Positions 23,837-34,427 of a stretch of 64,000 nt of DNA are shown here, piece by piece (position 1 is the stretch's first letter; the number at the start of each line of letters is the position of its first letter). A program made the position numbers and the translations under genes. The notes under the pieces were generated by a model. It did no database searches. It saw only the letters and a list, made by a program, of their open reading frames with translations, and had not been told where the DNA came from. Origin of the DNA: Azolla caroliniana (lineage: Eukaryota > Plantae > Polypodiophyta); contig JBHGNT010000002.1 of assembly GCA_043228905.1 (NCBI GenBank), forward strand, positions 26,412,001-26,476,000, given 5' to 3'.

Positions 23837-25173
23837 ACTCAACATCATATGCAAAACGGCCATGAGATAAGCGTGTGCGATTAGAGCAAACACGCTCGAC
23901 CCAATGCACAAGAATAATTATTATCGTAAGAGTTCAAGAGAGGAGAGAGTGGGATATATATCGCAATATGCAAAAGGCCATGAGTTGAGCGTGTGCGATT
24001 AGTGCAAACACGCTCGGCCCGATGCATAATAATAAGTAAAATCGTAGCGTAGTAGGAGGTAGAAAGAAAGAGAATAAAACGTAATACCAATTTGATTCGA
24101 CCATAAAGAACGCATAATAGAAAAAGAGAAGAGATCAAAAAAGAAGAATACCGGGTTTAGAGTGTTGTTTTGATCCTGAGAAGAGCATGACGAGCCTTGT
24201 TAGATCCCCCTCGCTCACACGCAAAAACATCAAAACAACAAAAAAATTGTTAGTAAAAGCTCTGATACCACTGTTAAGAGTCTATTACTAATCAATAGAC
24301 CAAATCAAGTAAAAAGGAAGAAAATAGATTGGATAGAAGAACCCGTTCCACCCGACCACCCCCGAGCTATGATCTAGACATAGCCAACCTACCACCGACG
24401 TCCCATACCGCCGGATATTAGGATGACTAATACCTTGGAAGAGATAAACACGATCGTTGAGACGAAAGCCTAGCCCGCACCACCGGTGTCTACGACAGCA
24501 GCCTTCCGACGTGATTCTTATGAGGGTAGCTAAGCCTCATATTTATACCTTTTCCTAGGCCCCTTGAATAGATGTGCCTTTCTAAAAGGCTCTCTATTCA
24601 TTGGTTGTCTAAATCATGATAGTGCATGCACATATCATTCATTCTATCCAATCATTAGTCCCCTTTTTAATAATAGTGAACATACCCTTCACTAATGTAA
24701 ATATTAGTGACCTACCCTCACCAATGTTATGTGTACATAACAGTTGATATGGCCAATCCGCTTGTGCCATAAATCTATGTCGGAATCGGCTTTCATGCCC
24801 TTTGCGAACATGGCCGATTTCATCTCGTGTGAGTCGAGAATGAACATTCGGCCCTCTCTTCATCCGTGTGCGATGAGTCGGCCCTCTTTTTCGATGAAGC
24901 AACCGCCTTGATTAAATCGTACTTGCCTTCCTTGCTCTACAATTTGGCCGACGGAGACCAAATTCTTCGTGATAGTTGGTACGTGCAAAACATTTTTAAT
25001 ATAAGTTTGCTCACCTTCTTCTTCGAATGGAACATTGCTGATGCGCCGAATCGGGTGCGTAGTATCGTCTTCGGTTTCGACATAGTCGGGTCGGGTCGGC
25101 TCTCGAAGTTCTCGAAACCATTCTTGATGCGATGTCATATGGTTCGAGGCACCGAAATCGACGAACCATACAT

Positions 25174-26701
25174 TGTCATGAAAATCCGTCACTATGCGCG
25201 GATTGTGAGGCGGAACCGCCGGGGTTCTGGACTGAAAGGATTTAGTGCAACACGTACAACACAATCAATTCACATATAAGACGAGTAGATGAGAGGAAAC
25301 GTTCGTTTATTGCATAAGAAAATAGATTCTTTTATAAATCAAGAATCTTGAACTACAATGGGTTGGAGATGAAAATGAGAGATAAATTTTTTAAAGAAAG
25401 GAGCCAACAACCATATAAGGAGTGGTCCAATATGAATATGAGAGATAAATTTTGACAAGAAAGATTGAGCAAGCCAAGTCAAGAGTTTGATATCAATATG
25501 AGAGATAATTTTTCCCCCCCAAGGAATGGGAGAGAGAAGAAGAAGAAGGGAAAAAAAAAGAAGTAAAGGGAAAAAAATGGAACATATATTCAGCTCTTTG
25601 TTGATCCTCCTTCCCAATGTTACTTTGCATGTCCACTTTTAGTTGCATGGCCTATATTTTTAGTTGCATGCTTCCATTTTTAGTTGCATGCCTTTTACTT
25701 TTAGTTGCATGGCCTTGGCTTTTAGTTGCATGCAACCATCCGTATAATTTGGCCAAATGACCCAATCATCCATAAAGTTTAGCCCGTGCGCAATCCGTAC
25801 GTGCGTCGCAACCAAACCGTAGACGCATCCGCGTGCAAAAGTCCCAACCGCGTAGTGTACGGATCCACGCATGCACACGTCCTGACCGCACCGTGTATGC
25901 ATCCACGCGCTCGTTCGCAAACACGCGTCCGTCTGAAACATCCATGCGGCTGTGCAAGCGTCCGCACGCAAAAATCCCGACCGTGCCGCAGTGTACGCAT
26001 GTGCGCGTCAGGACCGCGCCGTGTACGCATCTGCACGCTCGTCCACACACACATCTGTCCGAAATGTCCACGCGACCGTACACGCATACACCTAAAACTT
26101 GCACACACGCTTACATCCAAAAACGTCCACGCGACCGTGCATACATGCGTACGTTCGAAATGACCGCACGCTCATCCACACACACACGTATGTCCGAAAC
26201 GTCCATGCCTACATCCGAAAATGTCCACGAGACCGTGCATACACAAGTACGCCCGAAGCGTGCACACCACACAATGTAGCCCAAGTCACCTTGAACATTT
26301 TGAGCTCCACACATTGATAGAGTGAATATGTTTTGATTTCCCTTATATATCCTGGGTTCCAATGTTGTCCTATCTATGCGGGATATCTCACAATTTTGTC
26401 TTTTCTTTCTTCTTCTTCAAACTTTACACTCACATAACTTGATACTTGTTTATCCGTTTCATGCGTAGTAAAATACGCTATGAAGCTCTTGAAGACATCT
26501 ATCTATATGAATACATTAAGCTAATCTGAAATAATTGTTTTACTAGTTTTCATATCGTGTGTGAAAAACCACACGACAACGTCTTTCGGATCGGAGGGTG
26601 TGTGAAAAAAACACATGACATTTATCTATATGAATACATTAAGCTAATCTTAAATAATTGTTTTACTAGTTTTCATATCATGTGTGAAAAACCACACGAC
26701 A
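25174..26701 (+). mobile_element. Large solo LTR-like insertion E (about 1.4-1.5 kb) at the Gag-PR boundary of A
   Basis: Termini TGTCATGAAAATCC...CACACGACA, 4-bp TSD ACAT/ACGT, and the host codons E-D-V-W rejoin across it. Contains TTTAGTTGCATG repeats (25637-25730) and a CpG-rich degenerate repeat block (25785-26280). Confidence 0.8.
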
Positions 26702-28714
26702 ACGTCTTCCGGACCGGAGGCATTAGTAGAAGTAGAGGTCGACATAGAATTCGTTCTATGTCTCATCACGAACATTCTGCCACGATCGTCATAGTCGGAG
26801 TTGATGGCGTAGTTGGTGAGTTGTCGGCTAGTGGAAGCTGACTCGCGTATCTTCTTACGACATTCTTCTTCGTGGTGGCCGACTTTCCCGCAATATTCGC
26901 ATTCGATTGAGGTTTGTCGGCTCGGACCGGAATGGTGGCTCCCCCTTCTTCCGAAGGTTCCCCGATGGCCTCCATCTTGTTGCCGTAATTGAGAGTTGTT
27001 TTCGTAAATTGGTCTGCCTCATCCTTGGCCGAATCAGCCTCTTCTTGCACGACCGCGTCCTCTTCCTCCGTCCGAATGCGTGTAGAGCATTTGGCCATTT
27101 GAGGCTGTACTCCTTGTTCGAACATGGTTTTCTTTGACCAACAACATGGGTTGAAGATCGAAGAACAAGGGCGGATTCTCCCGTGCTAGTACGACGGTCC
27201 GCATTGCGCTGAATCTTGGTGCAAGGCCACTGATGCACATTTGCACCATCTCGTCATCCTCCACGTTAAATATGCTTATCGAGCCGAGCGAATCACAAAG
27301 CTCCTTGATCTTCAAGGTGTAGCTCGTGACAGACATATTCCTTTGTTGGATATTATTCAACTCTTGGCGGAGTTGAAGCTTTCTCACGGTAGTGTTGGCG
27401 GTGAAAATTTTTCGTAGATTCTCCCATGCTTCCTTCGGTGTCTTGGCTTCTCGAATGTACTCGAGCATGTGGTCGTGAACACATGTCGCCAAGCAATACA
27501 TCACTCGGCTTGCCGCTTGCTCCCATGTTGCATAATCGGCGTCTTCCAGGTTGGGTTGATTTTCTTGTGCTCCTTTGATGTAGCTTCAATAGCCTTGGTC
27601 GACAAGGTATTGGTGCATCTTGTACTCCCAAGATGCAAAGTTGTTGCGATCCAACTTCTCGCTAGGGAGAGCGCTCCCCATTTGAGTATTCATGGTCGAT
27701 GTAGATTTCTTCCTTCTTTTCTTTTCCTTCTCTCTGGAACATGAGCTATGTAGTCGCACTACAGTAGCGATGAGCCGATTCTTCTTGAACGTCGGTGTAG
27801 AGCACAACACACGATCACGATGAGGCGAGTGGGTTAGATCGAGCTACTAAATCGCTCTGATACCATGTAAAGAACTAGATATGATTCTTGTGAAGCGGAA
27901 GAGATGTGAGTTATGTGTGTATGTGTGAGAGAAGAGAGAAGAGGAGAGAAACACAAGATAGATAAGAGACAATATGAAGTACTCAACAAGAAGAAGGAGA
28001 TGTATATTAACAAGTAGAATATGAGATACAAAATAACGTTACAAGGAGTCACAACTGACTTAATATGGAGTAGGAGGAGGGTGCTTTATATAGAGGCAGG
28101 TCCTCTCTCTTCATTTACTCACTACAACTTTCACTCTCTCACTAGAGCCTTGAGGAATGTGAAGTCTTACGGTCATGGGGAATGTGGAACCATTAGTTAT
28201 GTGTCATAGAATATGAATCTATGACACAGTTTAATGTGCAGAGAGTGGTGGTGTGTGACTCTTGACCTTTGAGTAATCATAGATTCTCAAAAGGTGTGTT
28301 CACACGTTGCTTTGTGTTGAGCTTGATTCTCAACAACTATGTACATTTTGCCCTAAATTTTTTGCAAGTCAAAGTATCACAATTTCATATACTGCTCTAT
28401 CTTTTCTCACATCCAACTATGCTTTTCACACATCTTCAACCTAACCCAATCCTTGTATGAATTTTCTCTCACGATCACAGTGCGCACTCTCAATTGCAAC
28501 ATTCATTAGTAAAGTTCTTGAATATAGAGGGTCACTAATTGCTTTCACATGTATTACGTAAAAATGTTATATTTGTGGTTTCATATGTCATATTTGATCT
28601 CCGAAGCCATTAATAAAATATCTTTTTATAGTCGTAAGTATCAATGATGTCGTTCAATTTTGGTCACATTTGAACTCGTAACCTCGAGAACAAATCTCAA
28701 TCTCTCTCTCTTTT

Positions 28715-28918
28715 TTTATCGTAATTAGCTTACCCTAGTGGTAAGTCGTTATATACTACTATCACTACATCTTGGGCTCAAAACCCAAATTTCTCTCCTC
28801 TCTATTACATACTCCATAGATATCACTTATTTCACTAAATGCCACTATGGAATGTAGTGGTTGAACCCATGACCACTTGGTCTCCATTGGGCAACCTTAC
28901 CAACTGAGCTACATCCAT
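28715..28918. repeat. Tandem unit, copy 1, with two convergent tRNA-like modules (SINE-like)
   Basis: Plus strand: TACCCTAGTGG (28731) and GGGCTCAAAACCC (28774). Minus strand: TAGCTCAGTTGG (28911-28900) and GGTTCAACC (about 28867-28859). Homologous to 38196-38399. Confidence 0.7.
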
Positions 28919-30097
28919 CTAGGCAACTCACTCACTCTCACACACACTCTCTTGTTGCGAAATAGCGCGGAATATAGCTCGGCCACAACCGAGTCTTGAA
29001 CACTTCGATGAGAATGGAGAACACAGAAATGGGAACTAAAGAGTGAACACAAGATGTTTACATTTAAAACCATAATAGGGAAAAACCACGGGAGCCCACA
29101 GACTCCGAACTATCACTATGAATAGAAGGGGTACAATCAGAGAATCGTAGGCAACGACCTCGAGCTCTGTATCTTCATCAGGCGGCAGTTACAACATAGT
29201 ATCACTTTGTATCTCACTCTCCCTCTCTGTCGTTCTCATCTATACAATAATTACCACAACAAAAAATAACCACACAATAAGTAGTTGCCCTAGGTCATAT
29301 TTATACTAATATGCCTTTAGGACTATTTACAAATATGTCTTCTACATCCGGTTATCACCGGGTCTTCTACATCCGGTTCTCAAGATCCCATCCAGAGGGA
29401 CCGAAATCCCAACAATCTCCCCCTTCACTCCGGCATGGGATGTTTCGTCAGCCCGATCCGCGTCCGGCATGTGTCCAACTTGTTGAGTGTCAGCACTTTG
29501 GTCAGCATGTCGAACCCATTCTCCTCCGTGTGGATTTTTGTCAGCACGAACTCTTGATCTTCTACTCTTTCTCGGATCCAGTGGTACTTGCGCTGGATAT
29601 GCTTCGTTCGGGAATGGTAGGCCGCGTTCTTTGCAAGCTGGATGGCACTCTGACTGTCACAATAGAGTTGGTATTCCTCTTGTCGGATCCCTAGCTCACC
29701 GATGAAGTCCTTCATCCAGATTATTTCCTTGCCGGCTTCCAAAACTGCCATGTACTCCACTTCCGTGGTTGACAACGCAACCGTCTTCTGTAGCCTTGAC
29801 TGGCACGAAATAACTCCCCCTGCATAAGTCATGACATAACCGGATGTGGACCGGTTGGTATCCGCATCGTCCGACATATCCGAATCCGTGAATCCGTCAA
29901 GTTGGGGTTTACCGGAGCAGAATCAGAGGCACATGCTCGAGGTGCCTTTCAAATACCGGAGTATCCACTTGACCGCGTTCTAGTGCTCTCTTCCGGGATT
30001 GCTCATGAAACGGCTCACCACTCAGATTGCATATCCAATATCCGACCGGGTACACACCATTGCGTACATCAAGCTCCTGACGACAGAGGCATATGGT

Positions 30098-30319
30098 ATC
30101 TTCCGTCCGGCTTCCATCACGACCTTTGCCATCATCTCCTCGAAGTCGAAGTCTTCTTCCATCTCCATGCTCCCTTGCCGCCCTTCACGTCGAGTTCACC
30201 AAATATGTCGCGTTGTTACGCGCGTGTGTGTGAAAGGGGCGGGACCACAGGGGTCTTGGACGAGGGAGAAGAGGAATGCCAAGAAAACCGACACCGCACA
30301 CGACCCGGGTGCAACCGAA

Positions 30320-30391
<72 letters not shown>

Positions 30392-33300
30392 AGGGAGAAC
30401 GTCCGCGTGACACTGACTCTTATGCATAGGAAGCAAGGGTTGTGCTCCCGACACCACCAAATACACCGAAATGCACAAACAGATATGAGTATGTATATTA
30501 TAAGGGAAAAAATACATCCTCGGCTTCGAGCCGGACCAAGGTAGGTTAGGTTACAACAACAGTCTGCTACCAAGCCGCAGATTGGGGGAGCTCTCGGGCT
30601 CATCGCGCTGAGTGGGGTCTTGCACAAGAGACTGAGTAGAAACAAACCCTAAACAGACACGAACTCTCGACCCATGCGACGAAGAAGAAGAAGGAGAAGA
30701 CCTCCAAGTTAAAACCACTAACCCTAATCTAACGGTATACCCTCTAACATAAAATGGGCAACCCCTTCATAAGTGATCCCTCCCTTCCTTTTATAGCCCA
30801 AGGAGGGAGGGACCTTATAATGTGGGATAAAATTTCCCCTCTTATTTCTATATACCATTTCCTAGTACACGTGTGCACATGTTGCACACCACCGACTTAC
30901 CCATTCCACCCCGGTTTCCCCCTATGGATGAAAATCTTCACGACATCCGCCCCCACCAAACCGCACATCTCCATGCATCTCCTCCGTTTCCCCAGACACA
31001 ATCCTTCGTTCATACTGATCGTGCTCGTCTCATGCCGTCAATCTTGGCGTCTCGTCGCGCCGTCTGTCGTCCCGCGCTTGCCTCTCGAAGGCTTCCTTTG
31101 ACTGTCATCATCAATCACTCATTGTGGCTCCTCTGAATGCACGCTCATTCTTTGGTCCTTAGGTGACCCGATTACGCGCACCTTGATTCTCCCTTGCTCT
31201 CCGTGCTCTCTTGTTGTAGAGTGTATCGTCATCCCGACTTTTGTCTCGGGGTTCTTCGCGGCTCTCGTTACCACTTCATCCCGACTCGCATCCTCTAGGC
31301 CTGCTTGGCCCCGCATGCCCTCTGGGACGCCGCTTTTTCTCCCCCTGGTGCGTAGTTCTTTGCTCTCCGTGCATCATCCTCCGCTCTCGTCGTTCATTCG
31401 CCAATCCCGGCAACTCACCGCTCCGTCTCTTTCCGCGTGCTTGCCTCTCAAAGGCTCGACCGGTCCGCTGTTGCCGGTCACTCGTTGCTGCTCTTCCGGG
31501 TGCGTGCTTGCTTCTTGGCCCTTCGCCGTCCGTAGTGCATGCTCTGTTTTACACCGTAATGCATGTTTCGTGTTACACGCTTCTTCTGCCGTAGTTCCGA
31601 CCTCCGCGTCGACCTCTTCTCCCTTCGTTGTCGTAGCCCCTTTCGACCCCGGCTTATCGTCTTGGCCCTGCTCATCTGTCATTTCGTATCGGATACCCGT
31701 TTTGGTATCCTCGTCCGCTCGGGCTTCCGATTCCTCGCCACCACCCGCCATCTCTTTGGTCTTACGTCGATCCAAAACCGCCAAAGTCTCAAGGATAGAT
31801 GTGGAGGGCTCCTCTCGCTCTCGGCCTCCCACCGAGTCGTACTACTAGTGCATGCTTGGTCTCCTTCTCGCGCTCACCAACTCCCACCAGGTGTTGTGAC
31901 CCGTAGTCCTCGACCTCCAATCATGCCGGCATAGCCCTTTCCCGTATCGGTCCTGATCGATCATAGCCCTCTCCCTTTCGTGATTGTAACCGGCTGGTAA
32001 GGGTTCGGCAAAACAATTCTGTCCTTGCCGGCTCTTCTTCCATTTGGGCCCGGTTGGCCAGCCCCCACTCCAATATTCTTCCACATCATCTTTCGGTCGT
32101 GTTGGATTACTGACCGGTTCGTCTTCCGGTCGGGTCGGTTCCCGACTCTCTCCTCATTGCCGTTCCCGGCCTCTCCTTCGGTTCCTTTGGATATGCCTGT
32201 TCCGGGCCTCGCATCCTCTTCATATGTGCCCGCTCCGGGCCACACCTCCTCACGGCCCCCGCCCTTCTCTCCGGTCTTATGTTGGCATTCGAGTGCAACC
32301 GCCGTAGTCTCCGGCCTGATGTCGAGGGGTCTTGCCTCCGTCTGCTACAATCTTCGTCGTCGTCTCGGTTGCCCGCCTTGCCGCCGCCACCGCCTGTCGC
32401 TCTTGGACTCACGCCGGCACTTGGGCCGACCGCCGGAGCCTCTAGGACCGGTGTGGGTAAGGACCCGGCACTACCGCTCGTTGTGTTTGTAGCCGCCTCC
32501 ATTCGGACGTTGTTGTCCGCGACTACCCCGCCTCCGATCGCACAAGCCTCGATTACGCTTGCCACCATCTCTTTCATGTCGTCGTCTCAATTTCCCACCT
32601 TGCCGCCTTGCCGCCCGTCGCTCTAGGTCTCACGGTGGCACTCGGGCCGACCGCTGGAGCCTCTAGGGCCGGTGTGTGTAAGGTCGCGGCACCATCTCTT
32701 GTCTCCTCCCCACTCGATGTTTCGGGCTGCCATATCCTGAATCCGTAGTCACCGGCCTCCATGGCCATCCCTTCTCCGCAAGGCAAGAGGGTCGCTAGTT
32801 CCGCACCCTCTCCCATGTCGCCGTCGTACGCTCTCCCGGTCTCCGTATAGGCGCCGTCTTCTACGCTTAGGGAGGCTTCTTCCTCCGCATCCTCCGATTG
32901 CCTCCAACCCGACTCCATAATAAGCCCTTCTTCGGCTTCGATTTTCGCCTTCACAAGCTCGCATGCCTCCCGTATTAGCGCTTCTAGGTTGAGCTCCTCC
33001 GAACCATTTTGCGTTGAGCTCTCTTCCGGCGGTAGTGCGTAGTCACTCGCCGCTCTCTCTTCTCCGCCGTTCGCGGGCCGTGTTGTGGCCAACCGCCTCG
33101 CATCATGTTGCCGGCATACCCATTCCACTTCGGACCACTCCTTGGTGAGACCATGTGTTCCACAATCATCTTGAAGCTCGAATAAGATGTCCATCCTCTC
33201 CTCATGATGGACCATCTTCAAAAATAGGAGGACGTTGTCCGCCCCCACCGATCTCCGTTCCCACTCCGAGAGTTGAGAGAAACGACGCTCGAACTCTCGG

Positions 33301-34427
33301 AATGCCTCCATCGCGCTCCGATGACGCCTTGCAGACGCCACCCACCGATTGAAGTCACGTCGACCTCTTCCTTCCAGTTCCGCATACCCGTACACCTCCA
33401 ATAGAGCTCCCTCAAAGGACTCCCACAATTCGTGAGCTTCTCGGAGCTTCTTGACCTCTTCGTACTTTGATACGGCCGCCACTCGACAAAAAAAATCTAG
33501 CCTTGTCACTTCGTCCGCACCCCGCTCCGTCATCTCGGCATTGTAAGCTCTCAAAAATTTTGGAACCTCATTCCCATTGAACCAGCCGACTCGATCGACC
33601 ACCCTTTCGACGGCTTGTTGAGCCGCATCTCGCTTCGCAATCTTCCGTCCAGCTTCCATCACGACCTTTGCCATCATCTCCTCGAAGTCGAAGTCTTCTT
33701 CCATCTCCATGCTCCCTTTCCGCCCTTCACGTCGGGTTCACCAAATATGTCGCATTGTTACGTGCGTGTGTGTGAAAGGGGTGGGACCATAGGGGTCTCA
33801 GACGAGGGAGAAGAGGAATGCCAAGAAAACCGACACTGAACACGACCCGGGTGCAACCAAACACGAGAGAGAGAGAGAGGGAGAATGTCCGCGTGACACC
33901 GACTCTTATGCATAGGAAGCAAGGGTTGTGTTCCCGACACCACCAAATACACCGAAATGCACAAACAGATACGAGTATGTATATTACAAGGGAAAGAATA
34001 CATCCTCGGCTTGAGCAGGACCAAGGTAGGTTAGGTTACAACAACAGTCTGCTACCAAGCCGCAGATCGGGGGAGCTCTCGAGCTCATCGCGCTGAGTGG
34101 GGTCTTGCACAGGAGAACGAGTAGAAACAAACCCTAAACAGACACGAACTCTCGACCCATGCGACGAAGAAGAAGAAGAAGGAGAAGACCTCCAAGTTAA
34201 AACCGCTAACCCTAATCTATACCCTCTAACACAAAATGGGCAACCCCTTCATAAGTGATCCCTCCCTTCCTTTTATAGCCCAAGGAGGGAGGGACCTTAC
34301 AATGTGGGATAAAATTTCCCCTCTTATTTCTATGTACCATTTCCTAGTACACGTGTGCACATGTTACACACCACCGACTTACCCATTCCACCCCGGTTTC
34401 CCCCTATGGACGAAAATCTTCACGACA
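30098..34427 (-). mobile_element. Non-autonomous gag-only LTR element D with tRNA-Trp PBS, plus a truncated start of a second tandem copy (30098-30205)
   Basis: LTRs 33748-34427 and 30206-30945, PBS TGGTGAACCCGACGTGAA (33743-33726), PPT GGTGGGGGGCGGA next to 30945. The 2.8-kb interior has no PR, RT, RH or IN motifs. Confidence 0.88.
32574..33710 (-). CDS. Retrotransposon Gag-like protein of element D (378 aa, acidic low-complexity C-terminus)
   Basis: Starts just after the PBS. FNGNEVPKFL...WESFEGALL...FREFERRF spacing is typical of a Gypsy capsid domain. Confidence 0.7.
   Translation of the reverse strand: MEMEEDFDFEEMMAKVVMEAGRKIAKRDAAQQAVERVVDRVGWFNGNEVPKFLRAYNAEMTERGADEVTRLDFFCRVAAVSKYEEVKKLREAHELWESFEGALLEVYGYAELEGRGRRDFNRWVASARRHRSAMEAFREFERRFSQLSEWERRSVGADNVLLFLKMVHHEERMDILFELQDDCGTHGLTKEWSEVEWVCRQHDARRLATTRPANGGEERAASDYALPPEESSTQNGSEELNLEALIREACELVKAKIEAEEGLIMESGWRQSEDAEEEASLSVEDGAYTETGRAYDGDMGEGAELATLLPCGEGMAMEAGDYGFRIWQPETSSGEETRDGAATLHTPALEAPAVGPSATVRPRATGGKAARWEIETTT

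Larger units (their letters stand above)
17635..24742 (-). mobile_element. Ty3/Gypsy chromovirus C, full length and very young, inserted in A
   Basis: 471-bp LTRs 17635-18105 and 24272-24742 differing at 3 positions, TSD GTTGA, Met-tRNA PBS 24259-24270, PPT 18106-18119, 1.7-kb 5' leader. Confidence 0.97.
8656..28335 (-). mobile_element. Ty1/Copia LTR retrotransposon A (about 5.4 kb native, degenerate), host to four nested insertions
   Basis: LTRs 8656-9095 and 27866-28335 (TG...CA), perfect TSD ACTAT (8651-8655 / 28336-28340), Met-tRNA PBS 27854-27865, PPT 9096-9109. Gag 26702-27700, PR 24743-25173, IN 16336-17634, RT 14467-15660, RH 9109-9561, with stops and frameshifts. About 25 substitutions between LTRs by eye. 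Confidence 0.95.

Noticed and set aside
25660-26362. Overlapping Cys/Arg/His-rich ORFs in several frames
   Set aside because: Produced by a stop-poor CpG-rich degenerate repeat inside insertion E.
29902-30645. RE/SL dipeptide-repeat ORFs (also 15925-16463, 40501-40746, 46464-46661, 52519-52816)
   Set aside because: Translations of (GA)n/(CT)n microsatellites inside LTRs.
31183-32626. Antisense or env-like extra gene in element D
   Set aside because: GC-rich low-complexity sequence is open in several frames, with no transmembrane or conserved motif to support a specific gene.
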